Virus record (IMG/VR): IMGVR_UViG_3300048924_000191
Location: 62,001 to 126,000 of that record
Direction: 5' to 3' (one strand)
DNA length: 64,000 bases
The notes beneath the pieces were generated by a model. It was not told where the DNA came from, ran no database searches, and was given only the letters and a program-made list of their open reading frames with translations. Shown here piece after piece: positions 9,501 through 17,822 of the stretch; position 1 is the stretch's first letter; every line of letters starts with the position of its first letter. The translations under genes were made by a program, and so were the position numbers.

Positions 9501-9970
9501 TGGTTGAAGCTGCAGAGAAGGAATTCGCTGCCGTTAAACCGACTGTCTTTGGTCTTAAAGGTCGAGCCAGTCTGTGTGGTCACGTCATCACGACTGAGAA
9601 GGTGGATGCCCGCTCTCACGAGATCTGGTTGGGTCGCAAGATCATTCCAGCTCGAGCTCCTGAGAAGATCAAAGCGCTGACGTCGGCTGAGATCTTGCAG
9701 GCAGTCAAGATCGTTGAGGACTTGCTCACTTGGGCCGATGGGAAGTGGTACTGGCAGGGTTGGTTGGACTTCTCTGGCGGCGATGACTTCATCAGCAAGC
9801 TGCACGAGTACAACGAGCCTCTGTACATGGACTTCATCGATCTCTGGGATTACCAGACCGGTGATCAAGTGTTCACGTCCAGCTTACCATACCCGGCAGA
9901 AGTGGCCGAGGAAGTCAGTATTGCGTTGCTGCACTGGATGGACCGTTCCATCAAGGGCGATACCGACTAA
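6536..9970 (+). CDS. SNF2/DEAD-like helicase fused to two additional C-terminal domains (probable virion protein)
   Basis: Walker A DAGPGTGKT, DESH, ASGTP, QTIARAARLGQ; linker motifs TLEA, SMEA, ALES, SMES; TATG at 6479-6482; only complete plus-strand gene. Confidence 0.9.
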   Translation: MFSGLRSKLGMVRVSTSPKYVSVEGIASHQLLRDMQRVWGSKALANNMFSLIRSGEVKFLHFFALDFLYIMETLYADTQTRLPKRVLRKVIDELKANTWLGDIDKDVKSIVDMSVVDHVVSFPLKPFQKAFAQHFGVMVPTYRLRGYMLDAGPGTGKTVTDLVVAAGLHAGKVVIISPKNAVERVWEDTLKDIVTHKRPYWTSAQNAPLTTDSHYYVVHYEALSTLVDFIKANWKDFKNTFVILDESHNFNRLAADRTQTLIELCQMPCVDYCLWASGTPILALGIECIPFMRCVDTLFTPEAEERFRKIYGRDAKRANDILRNRIGHLKFHVPKQDVVDIPVKTHQIKVKMPDGEKYTLENIGNILRKFIDERLAYYDKNFKHYEGQYLSALKLFEGHLRTDVDRRQYKEYQAAIKVISSGFDPKLMKAEAMLCNKYELKTIIPLLPNHMKPEFKSARSVVKYVKLKVMGEALGRIVGGMRSKCHLDMIAHIDFEHYIDRAEKKTLIFTSYVEVLEATADLLFHKGYSPAKVYGATNKDLAGIVKKFYDDPDLNPLAATYQSLSTAVPLTVATDLLMLNQPFREAIRTQTIARAARLGQDCTVNVWDFLLDTGDKPNISTRSNDILEWSAAMVSSIVGVNNVDLETLTLEAKMGEDGMWECLSMEAESFKKNFIDIRDEEDLALESAETEMEHIDLPNYLYHGSAFRQTELKPGFQHTGELVQWDNTEDNTWLYASDDKDSAVMLGISSAIEKKFQLNRYQCDNKTKKMIIHVAEPLSIKDIHNLHVVVYSIKADAADGWMANHNPANGIKGEYKTQRTITSNILRCEDVRIADALRGWHVQIVVQEASMESLSTIVAGIKKAFGIKTPAEKRKFEHNQVMQNDMRRNAAAVKEYLSKYFGNQSWLAKQTFNEEVSTGGMSPALSVNGKFLPTLSEVTHAVEQTKSLVKEADGLLSGMEHQVESIRDKYEAKISPEIDKDNHDEVQKLVEAAEKEFAAVKPTVFGLKGRASLCGHVITTEKVDARSHEIWLGRKIIPARAPEKIKALTSAEILQAVKIVEDLLTWADGKWYWQGWLDFSGGDDFISKLHEYNEPLYMDFIDLWDYQTGDQVFTSSLPYPAEVAEEVSIALLHWMDRSIKGDTD

Positions 9971-9974
9971 CAGC

Positions 9975-10022
9975 AAAAAAAAGAAAGCTACAGCACGGGC
10001 GCGATGCCCGTGCTGTATGCCG
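9975..10022. terminator. Bidirectional terminator
   Basis: TACAGCACGGGC/GCCCGTGCTGTA stem; TATGCCG on plus side, T-run on minus side. Confidence 0.85.
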
Positions 10023-10322
10023 TCAATTGACAAATAGGTAACTGGACGTAACACCACGGAATCCAATCAGGTCTTTCTTAGCCCCACGCATTCCATCGGC
10101 CGAGACCTTAGTCAATACTTCAAACTTAGGTCCAGCCTTGTAGAGTCTTTGCAACAACACGTTGGGACATTTGCCTGCATCGAGTTGTGCGATGAGTTCA
10201 CCCAGCTCTTTGTGGATGTCGACCGCGGTAGTTGCGTAGATACGTCCAGTGTCCTCATGAATCAGAACAAACATCCCTCGTTTGTTGAGGTCTGTTTTCT
10301 TCAATGTGTTTTCGACATTCAC
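10023..10322 (-). CDS. Small degenerate GIY-YIG-like protein
   Basis: GMFVLIHEDTGRIY...L..GK.PN.LLQ pattern; canonical Tyr/Arg residues altered. Confidence 0.45.
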   Translation of the reverse strand: MNVENTLKKTDLNKRGMFVLIHEDTGRIYATTAVDIHKELGELIAQLDAGKCPNVLLQRLYKAGPKFEVLTKVSADGMRGAKKDLIGFRGVTSSYLFVN

Positions 10323-10406
10323 CGGTAATTCCCCTAACCATCTATACCGTTAAGTCGCCCGGTAACAAAAAAAAGAGCAGGGGACGAATCCACCTGCTCT
10401 CACGCG

Positions 10407-11018
10407 TTACCGCGGACGCCGCCGCAATGGCGACGAGTTACTGGTCTTGAGATACCGTGCACGTTGCTCGAGCTTGCCGAGCACGCCGTCCAGTTCCTTA
10501 ACCACGTCACCGCGCTCGTTGCGGTCGTTGAGTTGGATCACGATGTCGCGCACAGCTTCACCGATGCACTGAATGGCCCGTACCAGATCGAACTCAAACT
10601 CTTCGGCAGTGACGTCGTCAGGACCATCGTCGCGCCCGTTATTACGAATGCCTAATCCTTTATCGATGACTCGGTTGAAGGCTGTCCATTGTTGACCACC
10701 GAAGCCTAGGTCGTTCTGCGCTTGAATCATTGTGCGTAGGACGATACGACGGACATCGCTGGAGAACGGTTTGAGTTCTTCACCTTCTTCTTCCATGAGT
10801 CGAAGATCACGCAGGCGGAAGATCCCAGCCACAGGAAACGCCACGTAGGCATTTTCCAATTCAGCCCACACCGAAGTGGAGAGTTGGGATGCCTCCAGAC
10901 CGTTGGTCTTGAGGTAGGTTTCGATATGTTCGGCGGTTAGCTGATAGCCATCGAGCTCGGTGAGTGGGAAGATGTCTTTAGGACCACCGTGCTCATTTAC
11001 GAAGATAGAGAAACGCAT
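10407..11018 (-). CDS. Hypothetical protein
   Basis: AAGGA RBS before MRFSIF; terminator downstream (10375-10400). Confidence 0.7.
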   Translation of the reverse strand: MRFSIFVNEHGGPKDIFPLTELDGYQLTAEHIETYLKTNGLEASQLSTSVWAELENAYVAFPVAGIFRLRDLRLMEEEGEELKPFSSDVRRIVLRTMIQAQNDLGFGGQQWTAFNRVIDKGLGIRNNGRDDGPDDVTAEEFEFDLVRAIQCIGEAVRDIVIQLNDRNERGDVVKELDGVLGKLEQRARYLKTSNSSPLRRRPR

Positions 11019-11028
11019 GTCGATTTCC

Positions 11029-11304
11029 TTACGCCGTAAAGGCGCTGCGAACGTGGGAGGAGTAACGAGCGAGGATTTCGTCGATCTGACGGATGACCCC
11101 TTCACGTTCTTCGGTTACCTGAGCGATCTGGTGGTTGACGACCACCAGGCTACGGCGAGTCAGCTGAAGTTCCATCCGACGAACGGACAGTGCGCTCAGC
11201 TGTTGACGCAGACCTTCACGCCACATCCGCAGATGTTTGAGTTCCTTGCTCAGAGCAACGGAGGCAGAAGCGAATTCTTGATTGTAATCGAAAACCAAGT
11301 TCAT
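11029..11304 (-). CDS. Hypothetical coiled-coil protein
   Basis: Heptad-like pattern, AAGGA RBS. Confidence 0.65.
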   Translation of the reverse strand: MNLVFDYNQEFASASVALSKELKHLRMWREGLRQQLSALSVRRMELQLTRRSLVVVNHQIAQVTEEREGVIRQIDEILARYSSHVRSAFTA

Positions 11305-11319
11305 TTAACGAATTCCTTT

Positions 11320-11904
11320 TCAGTGTTTGTGTGCGTAAATACGCAGGATAGCAGCGATGACGTGAGGGTTTTCAAACAGCTCTGGGCCGACGGGCGGGAG
11401 CTCACTGCTGCCTTCAGTGGCCCAACGGTGGATGAGGTCGCGTGTCGTCTGGGTGACTTGCGCATCGCTGTCCAAATCGCATGCCAAAAACATGGCATGG
11501 CGGTGGACTTCGTCAGCTTCGTCACTAACTCTCGTTACCCAATCGTCAAGTGTGATCCGACCAATGCCGTTCAACACACCCAGATAAGCTTTCGCTTGCC
11601 GCTTACTGTTCTCGATCTCGTTGAGAATCTTCTCAAACTCACCTGGTTTGTCGGCGAGGTGGTTCGAGAAACTGTAACCGAGAACACCGAGTACGGCGTC
11701 AAGCTCTTCCGGTTCGTTACCTGCGATGAAGCCTGTGTTAACGTAGACCTTTTTCAGATCAGGTTGGTTGTCCAGCAGGTAGTAGGTAGGGCCGAACTCG
11801 CGAATACCCACGAACGATTCCATCCGAGACCACGTTTCGCTGTATACAGCCAGACGGTCGTGCGTGATTATGGTGGGGTTAACGATCACATTGCGGGCTG
11901 CCAT
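11320..11904 (-). CDS. Hypothetical protein
   Basis: CCTAGGAGGACA RBS. Confidence 0.75.
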   Translation of the reverse strand: MAARNVIVNPTIITHDRLAVYSETWSRMESFVGIREFGPTYYLLDNQPDLKKVYVNTGFIAGNEPEELDAVLGVLGYSFSNHLADKPGEFEKILNEIENSKRQAKAYLGVLNGIGRITLDDWVTRVSDEADEVHRHAMFLACDLDSDAQVTQTTRDLIHRWATEGSSELPPVGPELFENPHVIAAILRIYAHKH

Positions 11905-11975
11905 GTAGATGTCCTCCTAGGACGGTGAGTGGCAAAGAAAGGTAGGTGGGAAACCCCACCTACCGAGACGCCCAA

Positions 11976-12311
11976 TCAGGCGTCTGTTTCTGGCTCAGCT
12001 TGCACGCCGATCACAGCAGCGATGGCGTTGTCGAGTTGGCTGAGAACCAGTTCCAGCTCCGGAAGGAAGGGCTTGAGCAGTGCCTTCTCAGCTTCGGAGA
12101 TGGTCTTGAGCTCGCCTTCGGTGAGCTCGTGCTTCAGGCGGGTCGATACAGTCTTGAGCGTGGTGATACGCTCTTCGACACGTTTGGTCGCCACTTGGGT
12201 ATCATGTTTGAAGCGCTCGTAGGAACGCGTCAGACGGGTACCCAACCACCAGGCGCCACCGACGGCGACGCCAACGTACACAACACCTTTAACGACATTT
12301 GCGACAGACAT
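11976..12311 (-). CDS. N-terminal membrane-anchored helical protein, paralogue 3
   Basis: MSVANVVKGVVYVGVAVGG; AAGGAG RBS. Confidence 0.75.
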   Translation of the reverse strand: MSVANVVKGVVYVGVAVGGAWWLGTRLTRSYERFKHDTQVATKRVEERITTLKTVSTRLKHELTEGELKTISEAEKALLKPFLPELELVLSQLDNAIAAVIGVQAEPETDA

Positions 12312-12325
12312 TTGACTCTCCTTGG

Positions 12326-12646
12326 TTACAGGGTGACGTAGCTTTTGAAACGACGGCCGATTGCCCGGACTTCGTCCAGGAGTTCATTGACCGCAGCAGA
12401 ACTTTCTTCTTGAGCGAGTGCTACACGACCAGCACGTTCGAGGATGATTTGCTCTTCCTCATTCAACGTGTAGTTTGCCAACGCCGCATTAGCGCGGACG
12501 CTGGCGGCAGTGCAGATCAACTCACCACACAGTGCGTTACGCTTTTCCTTCTCCTTTTTATCGGAGATGGCTTTGTTGACGATACAACCTACAACAGCCA
12601 GGCCGACCACAGCACCGGCGAGTTTCAGAACGTTTGCGATGCTCAT
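12326..12646 (-). CDS. N-terminal membrane-anchored helical protein, paralogue 2
   Basis: MSIANVLKLAGAVVGLAVVG. Confidence 0.75.
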   Translation of the reverse strand: MSIANVLKLAGAVVGLAVVGCIVNKAISDKKEKEKRNALCGELICTAASVRANAALANYTLNEEEQIILERAGRVALAQEESSAAVNELLDEVRAIGRRFKSYVTL

Positions 12647-12657
12647 GGTCTTTCCCC

Positions 12658-12975
12658 TTAAGCTGCTTTGGATTGGTCTTTGAAACGTTGGATTTTGGTT
12701 TGCAGGATATTGATGGCGCTAGTCAGACCTTCCGGCGTTGCTGCGACAGTCAGTGCTGCGAAAGCCCGCACGTCGGTACGGTCTTCTTCTTCCATCTCCT
12801 GCTCGGTGGTCTTGAGTACTTCCATCAGCTCAGCGATGAGGTCGCTGATTTTGTTGATGGATTGTTGGGCTTCTACTGCAGCCTTGCGAGCTTGACCGCG
12901 ACGGTGGACGTAGTAGAAGGTACCGCCGACAACAGCGAGAGAAGCACCCAGTTTGACGATGTTCATTAAGCTCAT
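12658..12975 (-). CDS. N-terminal membrane-anchored helical protein, paralogue 1
   Basis: MSLMNIVKLGASLAVVGG; TAGGAGG RBS. Confidence 0.75.
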   Translation of the reverse strand: MSLMNIVKLGASLAVVGGTFYYVHRRGQARKAAVEAQQSINKISDLIAELMEVLKTTEQEMEEEDRTDVRAFAALTVAATPEGLTSAINILQTKIQRFKDQSKAA

Positions 12976-13024
12976 GTTGACCTCCTAGGTCGGTGTGTTG
13001 ATCCGGGATGGATCGGGTTCGTGA

Positions 13025-13053
13025 TGACAATGTATCATCATAAAAAAGTTAAT
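13025..13053 (-). promoter_or_regulatory. Putative strong early promoter
   Basis: TAACTTTTTTATGATGATACATTGTCA; near-identical at 40001-40028 and 61027-61055. Confidence 0.7.
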
Positions 13054-13058
13054 TACAG

Positions 13059-13092
13059 CATACAGCCGGTGGGGAGACCCACCGGCTGTATG
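13059..13092. terminator. CATACAG...CTGTATG hairpin terminator
   Basis: Perfect stem after spanin genes. Confidence 0.85.
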
Positions 13093-13096
13093 TCGT

Positions 13097-13423
13097 TTAC
13101 TCACACGGAGCGCCGTCGCACATGATTTTCACTTCGGCTTTCTTCTTGCGGTTGTAGTCGTAAGCCTTCTGCAACCTGAGATTGTCTTTCTCAAGTCCGT
13201 TAGCCTGATCGATGTAGGTTTGTGCCCACATGTCCAACTTCTGTCGTGGAGTCGCCGTGTCGTACACGAAACGATTCGGTGGAGGAACCAGCGTGCACGA
13301 AGTCAGCCATTGATCATCCACCCCGGAATAGCGAATCGTGTTGCGATCCACATACACCGTCACCGTACGCGTACACCCAGCCAACACCAACGCCATCACA
13401 AGGACGGCGACTGTACGGATCAT
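13097..13423 (-). CDS. Putative o-spanin (Rz1-like lipoprotein)
   Basis: Lipobox LAGC, C.L.PPP; ATGA overlap with upstream i-spanin. Confidence 0.7.
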   Translation of the reverse strand: MIRTVAVLVMALVLAGCTRTVTVYVDRNTIRYSGVDDQWLTSCTLVPPPNRFVYDTATPRQKLDMWAQTYIDQANGLEKDNLRLQKAYDYNRKKKAEVKIMCDGAPCE

Positions 13424-13857
13424 GGTTTTGCTCCTTCGGGACAACCGCCCGGAACGGCCTTGCAGTAGGCCCTCCATGCGAGATCGACTTCCAGGGTATC
13501 GAGGGCTTGACCTGGAACCGGTTGAACCTCAGGCGCCGTTGGGTGCGTCTTACGGTAGTCTTCCAATTCCTTCTTGAGCTCAGCGTAGGACTTATCGATC
13601 TGACCGTTCTGATACCGCAGGTCGTCATTGATGTCATCCTTCGCCTTCTGATCATTGCTGGCGTCGAGTAGCTGTTGGTTGAGCTCATTCTTCTCAGCCG
13701 TCAGCTTACTCTTCTCGCCTTGCAGTTGCTCAATGGTCGTAGCCTGCTCCGACAACGTGTCGAAGATCTTGTTCACTTGATAGACGCAGTACGTGATCAT
13801 AGCGATGATGAACACTGCGCTCAGGCCGTAAGCCAGTAGCTTTGCTTTCAGAGACAT
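13420..13857 (-). CDS. Putative i-spanin (Rz-like)
   Basis: N-terminal TM helix, coiled coil, C-terminal W.AYC.....C. Confidence 0.7.
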   Translation of the reverse strand: MSLKAKLLAYGLSAVFIIAMITYCVYQVNKIFDTLSEQATTIEQLQGEKSKLTAEKNELNQQLLDASNDQKAKDDINDDLRYQNGQIDKSYAELKKELEDYRKTHPTAPEVQPVPGQALDTLEVDLAWRAYCKAVPGGCPEGAKP

Positions 13858-13866
13858 GAGGCCACC

Positions 13867-14562
13867 TTACAATGGAGTGATGATCTTTCCATACAAGATG
13901 ACCTGGATGCGAGAACTTACATCCGTGTACTCGGCGTGGTGGTAGACGTTCGCTTCTTCGTCGTACAGAAATCCCATACCCTTGAGCTTAGCGTCCAAAG
14001 AAGCTGGCAGTAGTGGTGCGTCACCGAAGTACTGGAGGTGTTCATCCTCGCTATCGCACGTCCAGCTGCGCAACTTATAGCAGGCGTCACGACGAGTTGG
14101 AGCGATGACGTCAATGACCACAGGGCGGGAATCGCGAATAACGTTGGACTTCACGTCGTTCTTGATCAGCCACAGAAACCCATCGATTTCACGGATGAGT
14201 TCTACCGCGGCATAGAACGCATTACGACCTCGCAACTGTCTGCTGCCGAATGGAGAGATCGTGATGTGTCCCATCCATGGCAAGTCAGTAGACCCCATGT
14301 CCTCCAGATTCACCATATCGGCCGAGGGAGGGTTGATCTCGTTTGGAGCCAGCGGACTCTTCATGACAACAACACGACGTTTGAAGACATCGTCATGCGC
14401 GTCAGGTAGGGCGGTCATATCCAGCTCAGCCTTCGTGGCTTTGGCCAGACGTTTGACCAGGACGAAGTTGCCTTCAGCGAGATCCTGGTAAGTGACAGTG
14501 CCTGGGTGTGCAACTCGCACCACGCGACCTGGTTCTTTGGCTACGGTGTTAGCGGACATCAT
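13867..14562 (-). CDS. Hypothetical protein
   Basis: AAGGAG RBS; operon context. Confidence 0.7.
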   Translation of the reverse strand: MMSANTVAKEPGRVVRVAHPGTVTYQDLAEGNFVLVKRLAKATKAELDMTALPDAHDDVFKRRVVVMKSPLAPNEINPPSADMVNLEDMGSTDLPWMGHITISPFGSRQLRGRNAFYAAVELIREIDGFLWLIKNDVKSNVIRDSRPVVIDVIAPTRRDACYKLRSWTCDSEDEHLQYFGDAPLLPASLDAKLKGMGFLYDEEANVYHHAEYTDVSSRIQVILYGKIITPL

Positions 14563-14975
14563 GTACTCCTTTTCTCTTTTCCTAATGGTTCGCATTTCTC
14601 TGCGGGGAAAGTGTCAGTCCACTCACCCCTCAAAATGCAGTTCCGCCCAGTCTTGAGACAGACGGCTTTAAACATGTCGGCCAGTAAGTGTCGATGGCAG
14701 AACTTACCGGGTGGACACATACATGCGATTGCAACAGTCGGCATGTCTGCGACCTCGAGCCACGCTGCTCTATAACGCTTGTAGCTTTCGCGCATGAGTT
14801 GCGTGTATCGTTCAGTATAAGTTTCCTGGGAGATGCGTCCATGCTTGACATCCATGACGATCTCCCAGGTGGGTGCGAAGGTAAGGTCTCCGCACTTCAC
14901 TGTGGTGTTCAGTACGGGTACTCCCAACTTCGCGGCAGCTTTAGCTCTTGCTAATTGGATCGTCCATACTTGCAC
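14559..14975 (-). CDS. DUF488-like protein
   Basis: FAPTW...Y.ERY...AC.C....CHRHLLA. Confidence 0.65.
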   Translation of the reverse strand: MQVWTIQLARAKAAAKLGVPVLNTTVKCGDLTFAPTWEIVMDVKHGRISQETYTERYTQLMRESYKRYRAAWLEVADMPTVAIACMCPPGKFCHRHLLADMFKAVCLKTGRNCILRGEWTDTFPAEKCEPLGKEKRST

Positions 14976-14984
14976 AGTGTTACC

Positions 14985-15596
14985 TCACGGAGTCCAGGTT
15001 TTGAAAAGCTCGTCCAACTGCATGCGGTGGTCGAGCGTATTGAACGCGATCAGCAAGCCGTTCTTGGTGTCGTGCTCCATCACCGCAACCCGAAGGTTGA
15101 GCGATAGGCCAATCTCCCGGATTACTCGCATAGCACCATCGGTAGGTCCACCGAAGATCGGGCAGGTCGGGAACGTTCCATCCGGCAGCTCTTCGTCCCC
15201 TGGCATGTAGAGGAACACGAGCCGAGGGCCGGCGTACTCGATACCCAGTTCTTGGACAGTCGATTGAGCTCGAACGAAGTAACGGCGGTTTGCGATACCG
15301 ATACGGTAAGCAATCACCCCTTGCGCTCTGTTAGGCAGCATTGATTTAGACAACGCTGCGTACACTTGCGCCAGAGAGGCGGAATCAACACCCTTACACC
15401 AACCGTAGTTGATGAACTGGTTATTGGACTCGACCTCTGCTTCGTTGGATTGCTCATAACGCCGCAGGATGATCGGCGGACGGAGGAGTACCGTAGGAGT
15501 CATGGGTGTTGGTTGCTGAATCTCGACCGCTTCAACGACCGGCGGGTCTACCCAGTCAGCGAACCGGCGTAGGGTCTTTTTCAGAGCTTCCTTCAT
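14985..15596 (-). CDS. Hypothetical protein
   Basis: GAGGG RBS; operon context. Confidence 0.65.
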   Translation of the reverse strand: MKEALKKTLRRFADWVDPPVVEAVEIQQPTPMTPTVLLRPPIILRRYEQSNEAEVESNNQFINYGWCKGVDSASLAQVYAALSKSMLPNRAQGVIAYRIGIANRRYFVRAQSTVQELGIEYAGPRLVFLYMPGDEELPDGTFPTCPIFGGPTDGAMRVIREIGLSLNLRVAVMEHDTKNGLLIAFNTLDHRMQLDELFKTWTP

Positions 15597-16092
15597 GAGT
15601 CCCTCTCGTCCATTGTTGGAAGTAGTCACGGCCCTGTGTCCCAGAACCCTCAGCGGTCAACTTGTCGTGCAACCATCCATCGAGCGCCGGACTTGGTTGT
15701 AAGTCCCAGCCGATCAGACGAACCAACTTACGACGCAGTACCAACGCCCGTGGTCGGAACGAGTAAGTTGGGGTCTCTTTCAGAGCGTGTTGAAAGACTT
15801 CGCGATATGGGCCGTACGCACGAACATCGCCGATCACCACATGATTGTCGAAGTCGATGTCGACATTTGACAAATGGCCCGTTACGCGATTCTCATCCAC
15901 GTAACTGTAGCGGACGATCCAGTCTTCCTGGGACATCATGGGCGGGCGTTGTGGACAACCCAACTCCATGAAGATACCGTGACTACGTGCTCGACGCAGG
16001 AATTCTTGAATCGCCGGTTCGTTCTCTTCTTCCTGAAGCATCCCTCGCAGCGAATGCGGGAGGGGTATGGAAATCCGTTGTACTTGAGTCAT
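15556..16092 (-). CDS. Hypothetical protein, weakly resembling a prohead-protease-type fold
   Basis: ELGCP...RY..VDE.RV..H...FRPRAL...LIGWD pattern; catalytic residues not intact. Confidence 0.4.
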   Translation of the reverse strand: MTQVQRISIPLPHSLRGMLQEEENEPAIQEFLRRARSHGIFMELGCPQRPPMMSQEDWIVRYSYVDENRVTGHLSNVDIDFDNHVVIGDVRAYGPYREVFQHALKETPTYSFRPRALVLRRKLVRLIGWDLQPSPALDGWLHDKLTAEGSGTQGRDYFQQWTRGTHEGSSEKDPTPVR

Positions 16093-16094
16093 TG

Positions 16095-16391
16095 TTAATT
16101 ACCTGCGAGGAAGCTGGCGAATTGTAGGAGTATGTCGTGGAACCAACGTCCGAAGGCACCCTGTTCTTCAATATAGGCGATAAGCATCGCCACCAGGGCA
16201 CCGACCATAGCGACGAAGACCAACGTCATGTATTTGGTCAAGTTGTGTTCTTTCTGCCTGAAGTGTTGTTTTTCTACAACGTCAGAACAAGCTTCGGCCT
16301 GACGGGTAGCTTTGTGGCGGAACGCATTCATGACGAGGATCGCCAGAACGGCGATCAGAGACACGATGTAGCAAATCATCGAGACTCTCAT
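16095..16391 (-). CDS. Two-TM membrane protein
   Basis: Two hydrophobic segments. Confidence 0.65.
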   Translation of the reverse strand: MRVSMICYIVSLIAVLAILVMNAFRHKATRQAEACSDVVEKQHFRQKEHNLTKYMTLVFVAMVGALVAMLIAYIEEQGAFGRWFHDILLQFASFLAGN

Positions 16392-16393
16392 GG

Positions 16394-17239
16394 TTAGGTC
16401 CTCGCCAGCGTGGTACCTGTCTGACCTTGGTACTTCCCACCCTTGTCCTTGTAGCTGACCTCACACTCTTCATCACCCAACAGGAAGACGAGTTGTGCGA
16501 TACCGCATTCAAGGTAGACACGAGTCGGCAGGTTGGTCATCGAAGCGATCTCAAGGACCAGCTCACCTTCCCACTCAGGCTCCAGCGGCGTCATCAGCTG
16601 GGTCAGACCTACGCGAGCATAGGTCGACTTGCCGAGACAGATCACCAGCAGGTCGCGTGAGATGTTGAACCACTCGACCGTGTGCGCCAGCGCTACGCTG
16701 TTTGGCGGTAGTAAGAAGTAGTGCAGACCGAACTCTTCATCAAAGTGAATGATCGGATCAGCCAACTGTTTCCCGTAAGGACGCATCGGGTCGATCGCTT
16801 CACCGGAGAGGTTGGTGAAGAGCTTAACACCATCGGCCTTGATGCGGACATCATAGCCGTACGACGAAAGACCGTAGCTGATGATCTTCTGCTGTTCGAT
16901 CAACTCGCCAGTATGGACGAATGGATGTCCTTCACCGTCTGTCGCCAGAGCGTGTTTCTTGGACGTCTTGTCGATGAACCGAGTCGGTTCTGGTACAAAC
17001 GGAGTGATCAGCGGTTTCCAGTCCATGAATCGCCGCAGATCGGTGAGACGTTCCTCATCGTTCTTCCCGCGTAGTCTGTGGAACCGAGGGAAGCTTCGAT
17101 CATCCCAGTTCTTGACCAGTTCTTGAGGGTGTGTGACGTCAGGAATGACGACACTCCACTCTCGCGAATCTCCGTTCATCACCACACCGATCGGCATGAT
17201 GGATCTTTCTTTGATCTGACGATCAGATAAAACTCCCAT
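16394..17239 (-). CDS. dcd: dCTP deaminase with N-proximal insertion
   Basis: LSDRQI, ISYGLSSYGYDVR, CLGKSTYARVG, TPLEPEWEG, GKYQGQTG. Confidence 0.92.
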   Translation of the reverse strand: MGVLSDRQIKERSIMPIGVVMNGDSREWSVVIPDVTHPQELVKNWDDRSFPRFHRLRGKNDEERLTDLRRFMDWKPLITPFVPEPTRFIDKTSKKHALATDGEGHPFVHTGELIEQQKIISYGLSSYGYDVRIKADGVKLFTNLSGEAIDPMRPYGKQLADPIIHFDEEFGLHYFLLPPNSVALAHTVEWFNISRDLLVICLGKSTYARVGLTQLMTPLEPEWEGELVLEIASMTNLPTRVYLECGIAQLVFLLGDEECEVSYKDKGGKYQGQTGTTLART

Positions 17240-17248
17240 GGATGCCTC

Positions 17249-17548
17249 CTAGGCAGACAGAACACTCACCTTCCCTTCACGGAAGATGACATTCCTCAAT
17301 TGTTCTTTTAGCGCTGGATGTTTCATCAACGCCTTTTCGAATTCAATAGCCAGACGTTCAACGTCCTCACGTTCACCGTACAACTCGTCGAGAAGGACGG
17401 AGACGGCGCCGCAAACTTCCAACGACTGTTGGTACTCTCGATCCTCACGACTGACCGAATTAGGTAACCTGGCGATACGCTGGAGCCGTACGTGACCGAC
17501 CCCATTGCTTACGTCAACCTGCAGATCGAAGTACATTGCCGCCACCAT
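17249..17548 (-). CDS. Hypothetical protein
   Basis: Operon context; start uncertain. Confidence 0.55.
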   Translation of the reverse strand: MVAAMYFDLQVDVSNGVGHVRLQRIARLPNSVSREDREYQQSLEVCGAVSVLLDELYGEREDVERLAIEFEKALMKHPALKEQLRNVIFREGKVSVLSA

Positions 17549-17822
17549 ACAGCACCGATACCGACTCGATGAGATTCTTGAGTTCAGGTACGGCGCAGAT
17601 ACCTACATCGAGTGCCTCGGACAAAGCTGCCGGAGACAGGATGACGTCATCGGCATAACGCTCGAGGATCGATTCAACATGACCCATCACGAAGTCGTCG
17701 ACAGCTGCACCGTCAGTGCGATCAACAATCGTCAGGTTGGTACGACGCAGACGAGGAATCAGACCTGACTGCACCATCTCTACCTGAACGACATACCGCT
17801 TATTAAAGTTAGCGAGATTCAT
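17514..17822 (-). CDS. Hypothetical protein
   Basis: GGAGG RBS before MNLANF. Confidence 0.6.
   Translation of the reverse strand: MNLANFNKRYVVQVEMVQSGLIPRLRRTNLTIVDRTDGAAVDDFVMGHVESILERYADDVILSPAALSEALDVGICAVPELKNLIESVSVLYGGGNVLRSAG

Noticed and set aside
7037-9868. Long antisense ORFs (616 and 325 aa) opposite the helicase, and similar plus-strand shadows such as 974-2005, 32188-33330, 54118-55341, 56992-58344
   Set aside because: Mirror frames of real genes produced by codon bias; no motifs.
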